In this document: positions 25,823-35,579 of the stretch, piece by piece
Layout of the letters: every line of letters begins with the position of its first letter
How positions within the stretch are numbered: position 1 is the first letter of the stretch
Source of the DNA: Spizellomyces punctatus DAOM BR117
Lineage: Eukaryota
Strand: one strand, 5' to 3'
Length of the DNA: 64,000 nucleotides
Assembly: GCA_000182565.2 (NCBI GenBank)
Contig: KQ257469.1
Notes under the pieces: generated by a model
Database searches by the model: none
The model's input: only the letters and a program-made list of their open reading frames with translations
Told to the model about the DNA's origin: nothing
Translations under genes and position numbers: made by a program

Positions 25823-26154
25823 TCTCTGTAGTTTCCCTTGGACAATAATTGTTTGCTGGTCTGCGAGCACGCTGTATTTGGATTCGTCACAGTCCAGTTA
25901 GTCGGATGTATCACGAATACGACGTTTCAACAGAAAATTTCAAGAATATCAATAGTTGATACTCAATACAGTCGCACGTTGGCTATGATCATACGTTTGG
26001 ACCATGTAGCACCATTATAGAATGATTTGGTTTATTTGACATTCCTGCACGTAAAAACGCGGCAATTGAGGAGGAAGTTGGGCACGTCGTAGACTTGCGG
26101 GATGGTCAGTAGCGTTGCATTCATATCAATAGATGCCCTGAATACATAGAACTG

Positions 26155-26297
26155 CTATTTGCATCTGTTGCTAAATGTCTTGGACCTTGATTGTTAATTT
26201 ACAGGAGCCAGGGTCCTAAGGGACTGCCATAGTGAAGACACTATTTGCATCTGTTGCCAAACGTCTTGGACTCTGATGGTTAATTTAGACGAGCCAG
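26155..26297. repeat. Direct repeat, 2 x 57 bp (50/57 identical), period 86 bp
   Basis: 26155-26211 CTATTTGCATCTGTTGCTAAATGTCTTGGAC..GAGCCAG versus 26241-26297 CTATTTGCATCTGTTGCCAAACGTCTTGGAC..GAGCCAG. Confidence 0.9.
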
Positions 26298-27336
26298 AGC
26301 AGAGTCCTTGTGAAAAAGAAAGGGACTTACTGAGTGCATCGGGACATTCCGCGGAGCCTTGGGTCGCTTGGTAGCTCTGTGCAAGCTTACAGCATGGGAT
26401 GATAAGCGACTGTCACCCAATCTAGCACCCAATCTGTCCAAACATGCACCTTTTCTTTGGATTACATCAGTGACCGACTGTTTTTTCTGTTTTCTGATTA
26501 TTTAGCCAAATATTCCTTACCACAGGCATGATCAACGCCCATAGGTGGTTCTGCGCGTTTTTCTTTCTGTCGCCGTGGCAAGCGCTGCCACTTTTCCACT
26601 GGCAAATGGGTGCCACGATGCCCATGGTGAACAGAACAGTGTGCAACAAGCCATATGCCGAAACGAGGCCTAACTCTTGAATATTTGTAAACTATTAAGC
26701 TTTTTGGGTTTACTTCAATTCGTGGAACGTGAGGCTGAGCATGGATGTGTAAGCAAGGCAAAAGTTTTTTCTTCTAGATTTAAGAATTTTATAACTTTCC
26801 ATCCCAACTTCCCCGAGAGACCAAAGCCAACACCGACGGGCGATGTCAGCAAAAATGCAGCCAGATATGCCCCGCGGATGGTATCGTGCAAGCTCATCGT
26901 GTGCAAAATATCTGGCCAATATCTCACACAATCTTCCAAAATACACATATAATACGTAGCGTCGGCGGTCCATAATGTATAGTGTAAGTATGTTCAAGCG
27001 AAAACGTGGGTAGCCATCAGCGACGAGGAATTCCAGGCAGTCGTGCACCAAGAAGCAGTTGCACCAAAGACCGCTTTCCACGTCCATGAAAAGGTCAGCG
27101 ATCCCCGGGCGGAGTTCAGTTCTTTTGTCGCAAGTTTACTCGCAAAAAGGACTGAAGAAGATGGCTGATTCCCACGATCAAAGCTGGTGCTTTGTCGTTG
27201 CAATTTTCTGACAATCCCAGAATGACCTAATCCGACCGATGCAAAAAAAAACAGCACCACGATCGGGAACGAAGCGGACTGTCAAAGTTCCGCTTTTACC
27301 GGTTTGTTTATTTCTTTCGCCCAGTCCTTTCTCGTC

Positions 27337-27343
27337 TATAAAA
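27337..27343 (+). promoter_or_regulatory. TATA box of the secreted-protein gene
   Basis: TATAAAA about 73 bp upstream of the ATG at 27416. Confidence 0.55.
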
Positions 27344-27415
27344 GGAGGGCCCCAGGATGCCCTCCCTTGCTGAACAAGATCTGCCAGCAGCGTAGACCTC
27401 GTAGAAACTTCCCAA

Positions 27416-28177
27416 ATGCTTGCCATTCTACTGCTCGCGATTCTTTGCGCCGGTGCGCTTGCACACCCTCTCTCGCCTGAGGCTCAGTCCAACGATGTCA
27501 TTTACGACATCAACGGACATCCCTATGTTCCCTACGGGTTACGGGCCGGCCTCAATGAAAGCCAAGTGATTTGGTCCTCTCGCCAGAACGGCCAGAACCT
27601 TACCACCCGCGGGAGCAACTCCTGGGCTCTACTCGTATCGCAGAAGACGACCTCGGTGTTTATTACGAAATATAATACCAATTACTGTACCAATTGCGGC
27701 CAATGGCTCAGCCAGCAGCCACGCACATCGGACAACAAGCTTCGATGGATTGCAAATGACCTGTGGTCCAAATGCGCAGATCGTGGCTGCGTCGATGAGT
27801 GGTCCGGACATGGCTACAAACTCACGGTCAATGCCAAATACTGGGGATGGGATTGGCGCAATGGCTTGACGCAAAGTATCTTGAAAACTATCGAAGAGGC
27901 ACTCAAATGGGAGGTGTACGACAGAACTTTTGCGACTGGCCGTGCCACGTGGGGGGCCGAAAGAACCATTAGTTTGACGAGTAGCAAGTTCCTGAGCGCC
28001 GTGGTGTACACTGACGGGAAGCCTTCTGCTTGGATGGACTTGACGATTCAAAATGACGAAAAATCAAACTGGTTTTGCTTGTTGTCATCCCAGATCGCGC
28101 AAACTTTGAGTGGATACGTTAGCCCAATTATGGCCGGATTGGCCGGTGCTGGTGGTGATATTTTGTGTAGCAGTTAA
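27416..28177 (+). CDS. Secreted Cys/Trp-rich protein of unknown function, intronless
   Basis: Signal peptide MLAILLLAILCAGALA-HP. Six Cys in the mature part (CTNC, CADRGC, and two near the C-terminus). Gly/Ala-rich hydrophobic C-terminal helix. Confidence 0.85.
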   Translation: MLAILLLAILCAGALAHPLSPEAQSNDVIYDINGHPYVPYGLRAGLNESQVIWSSRQNGQNLTTRGSNSWALLVSQKTTSVFITKYNTNYCTNCGQWLSQQPRTSDNKLRWIANDLWSKCADRGCVDEWSGHGYKLTVNAKYWGWDWRNGLTQSILKTIEEALKWEVYDRTFATGRATWGAERTISLTSSKFLSAVVYTDGKPSAWMDLTIQNDEKSNWFCLLSSQIAQTLSGYVSPIMAGLAGAGGDILCSS

Positions 28178-28406
28178 GAGCATTTACTTTCATGCGCTAC
28201 CTCATAGTTAGATGACATATGGGCGGTATTCACTGCCCTCGTCGCAATATTTAGAAATACATACTCTATAGAAAATGATACGCCTTTGCTTTTCTGGAAG
28301 TTATTGTAGCTGCCCAAACGTGTTCAGAGTAGTCGGCTTGCTGGTGATTGCCGCCGAGCGACTTATTATGATGGATGTACCTAATTTGAAGCCTTTTGTT
28401 TATTTT

Positions 28407-28672
28407 ACAAGCATCACAAGCGAGCAGACACATATATACTATTCAATATGCTGTAATCAAGGAATTCATCACTACAATGTCACTGAAATGTCCACAAGCG
28501 TTGAAACTGAGTAGACATAGATATGCTATTTCAATACGCTATAATCATGCAAAGCATCACTGCTGTTCACTTAAAAGTTTACAAGCGTTACAAGCAAGCA
28601 CGCACGGATACAGATATGCTATTCGAATTTGCTATAGTAAAGCAGCTCAGCACTGCGATTCACCTAAAAATT
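28407..28672. repeat. Degenerate tandem array, about 3 units of 87-92 bp
   Basis: Units start with ACAAGC at 28407, 28494 and 28581 (then ACGAGC at 28673). They share ATAT(G/A)CTATT..GCT(G/A)TA..CA(T/G)CACT..TCAC. Confidence 0.75.
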
Positions 28673-30516
28673 ACGAGCACCATGCCCGGCATTTTACCAA
28701 CACAGTTTTCTCATTCCTCAAACCGGGAAAGTAGGCGAAGTCAAACTGCACATTTGTCTTCTTTCGAGCACTTTTTATCTCCATAATTTCGGGGTCAAGT
28801 TGAGATGGAGTGAGTGGCAACATTCCTCGTGGAACCTTGTCAACATATTGTTCAAGAAACTGTACGTATGTATTGCAGTTCGGGTTTCTGGGCGGTGGTA
28901 GGAACGGCGTAACACCTAAAGCACCACATTGAAGCCTTAGGTGCATACACCGCTGAACGATCTCTTCACGCTGTGTTTCATTGTCTCGGTTGAGAATGTG
29001 CGCCATTAGGAGACAATCCAACTTCTGAGTTGTTTGATCAACCAAGGAATCCACATCTTTTTTCCAATTATCAGGCAATATTTTAGCATCGTAAGCATCA
29101 CTCATTCGCTTCCAATAGGATCGGAGAAATGCCTCATCGGCATCTTTGCGGCTTTGCTGTTCCTGCTCAGTAGACGGACCAATCTGGCGAAGGTAGCTTA
29201 AATCCTCCGACAACTCATTGAACGCAGTAAGAACACGCATTAGAATCTCGGATACTGCGGCTTCCACGACGCAGACCGCTTCGTTCTTGTCCGTAACCTT
29301 TCGCGCAACCCCATGGGCGACAAATGTATTTCGGAGACCCTCCAGCGCTCGAATCTGCTGCTTATCGCACTTTTTTGCCTTTGGATTGGTGACCAATGGA
29401 GCAATCCAACTATGCACCTCGGTAAACAATTCCTCAAAATTTTGGATGAGCTGAGTAGGATTCCATTTTGAGTCGAGTTCGTAAAAACCTTTTGAGGCGC
29501 TGGTCACGCTGAGTTGACATTCCAGAGTCGCTAAAGCTGATTCCTTCCACTGGAGTTCTTCCACTAATTGCTGGTGTATTGTTGCGTCCCTATCAGCACA
29601 GACTCGAATAGTTTCGATGGCTTGTTGCAACCCGTCTTCCAAGTAGTGCAATTGTTGAGAGATGGCATATTTTTTTGCTTCTAGGCGTCCAACGACAGTT
29701 TTGTAACTATGCAATTTCGCAGTCAACTCCTGGTTTTCGCATTCAAGTGCTTTGATCCGCTCGCTATGAGCCGAGCAAGGGTTGTCTATCATTTGAAACT
29801 CATCCGTGTCTCGTTCATCGTCCCTCAAAAGGTCAAATCGCTCGCGTGAGGGAAGTCGTGTACACACCCTGCAGAGCTCGCTCACAATCTTTTCATTGTG
29901 TAGGCGACGGATTTCGGGAAGAAGGTGGTTCTCGACATGTCTCCGAAGCTCGGCAGCCGTTGAATCAAGGCGATTCACCAATGAAAAAATTGGCATATTC
30001 CCGGTACGGACATAGGCTAAAAACTGCTGCAAATCAGATTGCAGGAAGACATGAGTCCGAGGAGCAGCAGCCGCAGCTTTGAGCTGATGGTTTTCCACAA
30101 AAGCAACAAAGCTTGGCCGAAGGTCCGTCATCCACAGCGGCGTGGAATCATGTATATTTCTCAGCGCAATTTCAGTCTTCAACTGTGAACTTTCCAAGAG
30201 ATAGCTCACAATGTTTTTATCCTCTGGTCCAAGATAGGAGAGCACTATTTTCCGCGTGCCCGAGTTTTGAGAGAGATCTTCAATCGTCTGTTCAATAGAA
30301 GCGCAACCCAGCTATTCCATTTTACTAATGCACAAAAGTTTGAAGGTTTCATTTACTTACCCTTGGGAAGTTCTCCAAGGGAATCAAGATGTCACGTGGA
30401 TTCTAGGAAGGCAATGCGGTTGGACATTAGGGATTTGTTTATCTTGCCAATTCTACCTGTTCCTTCACACGAGACGAGCTGCCTACAAGTCGATCTTTAA
30501 TTATGCCGAAGAACAT
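28671..30516 (-). CDS. Coiled-coil protein with GrpE-like C-terminal motif
   Basis: The 524-codon terminal exon extends upstream through two GT-AG introns to MFFGIIKDRLVG (ATG 30516). Central heptad repeats. C-terminus LDPEIME..FAYFPGLRNEKTVLVKCRAWCS. Confidence 0.7.
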
Positions 30517-31012
30517 TTGGACTTTGTCTGAATTTTAATAGATGGTTGACGCTTTGTGCTGTGATTTGGATAGATGGTCGTCACTCCCTTCAACGAATGT
30601 GAAGAGGTTAGGAAGTTAGCCGCAGATGAAATGTTCTCTCAAATTCAGCAGCTGATGCTAAACAAAACCTTTCCACAATAAGTGCTGAACCTACTGAGGT
30701 AGCAAGCTTTGTGACCTGGCATTGAACGAGCTTGGAACTCTATCTCTTTTTCTAGCTGGTAAAATAAGACGTGTTAAGCTCTCACACGTTGTCGAGACCC
30801 CATTTTTGCGTCGAACGTCACCAAAGCAGCATCATCACCATCATCATTCGATTCTATTACCGTGTTTGCAAGGGGTCTGCATCGCAATGATGCAACTCAA
30901 CAGTATCAAAACTTGGGAAATAGTACAAGCTTCCGAGTCTTCCCCTTGCAACCAAGACATTCTACTTCTCATACTTCAATTCTCTTTCACATTTTGTTTC
31001 AGCAAACAGATA

Positions 31013-33326
31013 ATGTCGTTCACAAACCACACGGGTCTTCTGGTTGCCAGTGGACACAGAGTTGTTGTTGGGTTGGATTTCGGGGTTACCCATAGCGGAT
31101 TCGCATATGGTGGGAAACGGCGATGTTCTCATGTTTCCACGTAAACTTACTCATGCCCATGTCTTTGTAACCAGCGCATGTGGCGGATGCTAGCAAAATT
31201 GAAGGGTGACTTTCTGGAAATGAGGACAAGTCGCGAAGTTTGGGTAAAATCCATTGACACTTTTTGATGGTGTTGCAGGTATTATGAGTGGGATGACCAG
31301 ATCATGGTAAGTTAGAATTCTCGCAAAGCCCATATAGCTACTCATTTCGGTATCTGACATTTGACATGCTAGCCATACTGCAAAACCCTTACCGCGCTCC
31401 TCTATGACAAAACGGCCAAGAAGACAATTAACTGGGGGTGAGTTGAACGCATTGCTAAGTACTTTTGCCCGCATTATAACCCCAGAGCTGATGATTAAAT
31501 GCAGATATACTGCCCTGAAGGAGGCTACCACAGGCGATCATCCTAACCAGAAAGTCTTATTGACAAAATTCAAGTTTCTTCTGGAACCAACGGCCGCCGA
31601 ATACATGGAGGATCCCATTCCAGATGATGTGGAACCTTTGGATATCATCGCAGAATATTTGAAAGAGATGCACACGCTGATCATGACCAAGCTGCAAGAA
31701 AAGTTTGGTTCCACGTTGCAGAATGAAGATGTGCATTATGCGGTCACTGTACCCGGTAAGGATTCTCAACAGCTGCGTGGCTACATTTTTTCTTAACCAA
31801 ATCTATTCTAAATTCATTAGCTATATGGAGCGAGCAAGCAAAAACGAATCTACGCAAAGCTGCTGCTATGGCTGGCCTCATTTCTCCTGCTGAAGTGGTG
31901 TCCCCTCGTTTGGTCCTTGTACTTGAGCCGGAAGCTGCTGCAATGTATTGCTGCAAAAAGGTTCCCGAAGCGCAACTACGTAGCAATGAAAACATTATGA
32001 TTGTAGACGCAGGTGAGTAACAGGATAAACATTGTAGGTTCTAAACATAATTACCTACTATTGGTACAGGGGGCGGAACTGTCGATATTGCGGTCGAAAA
32101 ACTCATTATTGGCGCTGAGCGAACAAGGTTGAGTGAAGTAACCAGAGGCACAGGTGATCTGTGTGGATCCACCTTTGTCGATCGACGATTCCTTGATTGG
32201 CTCAGTAGCAAAGTCGGCGCTGATGCATTGACAGAAATAAAAATTGATAATCCAACCGCATACCAACAAGGCAAGCTATAAATGATTGCCAGTATCCTGG
32301 ACTTACCACTCATCGTATCTCTTTAGTCCTACGCGGCTGGGAAACATTGAAGCGCCAATTCAAAGGAGCTGAATCTTTCAATTCCAGGGACCATATGACG
32401 TTTTCAATCCCAGGAGCGTTGTATAACCTAATGGCTGATGAGGAAATGGAAAAGTTAGAAGAAGAGCAAGACGGAACCGCCGACGATCTGTTTATTACAC
32501 TCAAGGATATGCAATCATTTTTTGACCCAGTTGTCGAGCAAGTTCTGCGCTTGATTGAGGAACAGCTTGATCATTGTCCTGGAAAAAGATGCAACAAACT
32601 GTTTCTTGTTGGAGGATTTTCGGTACGTATCCAGCGAGGCTATACTTTAGATCTCAAATTAAGCATTTGTGATAGGCGTCCCCATATCTGAGGAAAGCTA
32701 TGTCCGATAAGTTTTCTGAGAGTTTTGACAATGTAGTCTTTCCTACGGACCCGGGAGCTGCAATTGGTGGGTACCCCGGTGTTCACATCTATAAGAGCAA
32801 TGCGAGTTCATTGTCGTTGTCTTTAGTCCAAGGTGCCGTTCTGTATGGCCTCAACCCTGACAGCATCCAAGCACGTCGCTCCCGGTACTCGTACGGCATG
32901 AAACTTTGCGCATCCGAAGCGGAGTACAGCAGGAAATCTCGAAAGACCTCGAACCGCAGCGACATATTCATTAACCAGGAAACGAATGAGTCGATGGTGA
33001 CTATGTTTTCTCCTGTGATGGTCGCCAATCAGCTCGTCGAGATTGACGATTTTTATTCCACGAAATGTTTTCCGCTGTATTCTTATCAATTGGGAGTGAA
33101 CATCGAAATCTCTGCAACTGCTGCTACTGTTGACCGCGAAACCTCGTATTCGGATGTGAGGGGTAACTTCGTTCTCGGCACTCAAATGATCGAAGGCATA
33201 CCGCGCAATGGCGACAGAAGCGTTACCGTGTACTTTTACTTTGGGCTTACCGAGCTGACCGTAATTGCAAAAGTCAATGCAACCGGAGCCGAAAAGCGAC
33301 AGATTGTGAATTTCACAGCACGTTAA
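31013..33326 (+). CDS. Atypical Hsp70 (HSPA12-like actin-fold ATPase), many short exons
   Basis: Motifs VVVGLDFGVTHSGFAYA, YAVTVPAIW, LVLEPEAAAMYC, MIVDAGGGTVDI, LCGSTFVDRRF, LFLVGGFSASPYL, AIVQGAVLYG..ARRSRYSYG. No EEVD tail. Confidence 0.9.
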
Positions 33327-34052
33327 CCGGTCAAGCAGTGTCTGGCATATCAACATAGTCCTGCAGGATAGGAAATTATGTATGTAGTATCTCATGGCAT
33401 TCCTTTGTTCTTGCTACAAGTTCTGTATCGTACATCCTCAACAAATAGCAAACTTTATGTCATCAGTGCTCAATGTCCTTTGTCCAAGCCTTGTTTCACT
33501 CTCATGAGAATTCAACAGCACTCTTGCGACCCTTGCCCATCAGGAGTTGTTTGGGTAGAGCCGACACCCAATGGGGAATGTTGACTATAACCATTCCCAG
33601 CGGGAGTTTCAATCGCCCGTAGTAGGTATCTCGTCTTTTAGAATGTATTCTTACGGCATTCAATCACAGTGTTCTAAGCGACTGAGATACCTCTGCGGAC
33701 AACAGGAGCTGATAGTGTTGCAGACGAAGATGTGCCAGGTTTGACGACTGCTATTTATCAATATTTACTACTCAAGGTTTTGCTATCAAACAACTTGGGT
33801 TTTGATCTCCAGTGAGGCTGATACTAGCGATACTATCAAATAATCCTTCAGAATAATGTTACTTACATGGTGATTCCCAATTTACAAGCAGATGGCAGAT
33901 GAAAGTCGCTGCGAGATGCGAGCGGCTGGTATATTAATAAAATGTGCCACCCGTGCCACATGGCTCAGTTTTCGACAATGTTATACTTCTTTTTGACAAA
34001 GAAACTCGGGCTTGCACAAGTTCCATTTCTGCTGGAACAGAATACTTGAACC

Positions 34053-35368
34053 ATGACCAGAGTAACCAAAATGGCGCGGAAGACGCACGAAGAGGCGTCC
34101 GGGTTTGTGGTGACACCTCTTTTGCCAAAGTCCAACTCGACAGGGGAGCAGCCGGATAGTACTAAGAAGCGGAAACGTAAGGAGGAAGTCGTGGCTGCTC
34201 CTACAGAGGCGAAAAAACACAAGCACGCCGAAAAGTCTTCCAAGGAGGAAAAGAAAAAGCGAAAGGAAAAAAAATCTCCGGAGGGAACGAGTGACGGTCC
34301 GAAGGTAGCGGATAGTACAGAAGTCAGCGAAAAGACGCCCAAGCCGAATAAGAAGAGAAAAGGAGAGGACAATAGCCCTGCGGTTGGTGAGAGACAGACA
34401 GACAACACTCCAGCTGCTCCATCTACAGGTGGATCCGCTCAAAAGAAAAAGAAGATGCGCCATCGATCAAAAGCTGAGTCGACACAGGGTGCCGGTACAT
34501 CTGGGGGAAAGCGGGGTAAGGGAAAAGTAGCCGAGGATGGTCTATCAAAGTATGGTTAGTATCCGTACATACCTATGAGGCCGACCGAGAGCAGCCGACT
34601 AAATGGTGGGTGGTTTTTAGAGAGGGAAGCCCTCAGAAGACGAACAAGGAGAGAAGCAATGAGGGAGAAGAAAATGGTATGCCAGTAACGATCTTTATTC
34701 TTATGAAGACACCCTGATATCGATTGCTTTCAAGGTCTGCTACCTTTGCAGAAGCATGGGGCACTCCATAAAATTCTGTCCGAAAGCTACGGAACAAGAT
34801 AAACAAGCCGTATCCGGAATTTGTTACAAGTGCGGTTCTACTGCCCACAAATCATCAGAATGCAAAAAAATGGTGGATCCTAGTAAGTGTCCTTATACAA
34901 TAGCTAATTTACTCATACAATTACACACCAGGACAATTTAATCATGTTTGGCGGTCACCTTATTTTAGAGAACCCATATCCTTTTGCGCACTGTTTTGTT
35001 TGCGATCAGCAAGGCCACTTGGCAAGTTTATGCCCAAAAAATGAACGGGGTCTGTATCCGAACGGAGGCGGTTGCAAATACTGTGGTTCAGTTAGGCACT
35101 TGGCGAGGGACTGTAAGCCTGCGTTGCAGGGTACGTAAATGGTTGTTGTGCATGGTACATGAATCACAGGCTTAACTCAATCTCTGTCCGGGTATCGTTT
35201 CTAGAAGCTGGGATTACCACGCTAGGCACCATCGATCTCAAGCAAGGTGGTGACGATGACGATGTGTTCGTAGCGCTACATAAGATGCAAGGTGACAAAG
35301 AAAAGGCGGCTGAGACTACAAAGCCAGGTACTAGGAAGTCTTCAAAGAAAAAGGTCGTAAAATTCTAG
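34053..35368 (+). CDS. ZCCHC9: CCHC zinc-knuckle protein, ZCCHC9-like
   Basis: Lys-rich N-terminus. Four knuckles: CLPCRSMGHSIKFC, CYKCGSTAHKSSEC, CFVCDQQGHLASLC and CKYCGSVRHLARDC, with the linker GLYPNGGG. Ends KKKVVKF*. Confidence 0.8.
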
Positions 35369-35477
35369 GTTAGTGGTGCCGGTATGGGAGAGGAGCTTGC
35401 TGAGCTGTTGAAGTTAGTGATCGATTTAATCATGCATTTACGGGTAGTTTGAGGTAGCTTTTGACTGATAATGATAA

Positions 35478-35558
35478 TTTATGAGAGTTGCATAGTGCGG
35501 AGCCGATGGGTATTGGCGGCACCAGGGATTGAACCGCGCGACAACCGGTTCGGAAAAC
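35478..35558 (-). ncRNA. Fanzor omegaRNA: about 66-nt scaffold plus about 15-nt flank-derived guide
   Basis: Begins 21 nt after the Fanzor stop. Scaffold GTTTTCCGAACCGGTTGTCGCGCGGTTCAATCCCTGGTGCCGCCAATACCCATCGGCTCCGCACTA (35558-35493), then flank TGCAACTCTCATAAA. Self-complementary, and closely resembles the SpuFz1 omegaRNA as I recall it. Exact ends are inferred. Confidence 0.8.
35495..35517. repeat. Terminal inverted repeat, omegaRNA end
   Basis: GTGCGGAGCCGATGGGTATTGGC, the exact reverse complement of 37608-37630. The symmetry extends to 27 bp when the flanking CATA/TATG is included. Confidence 0.97.
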
Positions 35559-35579
35559 CTAATCTAACCAATCTACGTT

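Noticed and set aside
26155-28672. CRISPR-like array interpretation of the 86-87-bp period repeats
   Set aside because: Only 2-3 degenerate units, no invariant repeat with unique spacers, no cas genes, and a eukaryotic context.
30891-30898. TGCAACTC matches to the first 8 nt of the Fanzor guide (also at 55371-55378)
   Set aside because: Only 8-nt matches, preceded by ATGA or GTCA rather than CATA; expected by chance.
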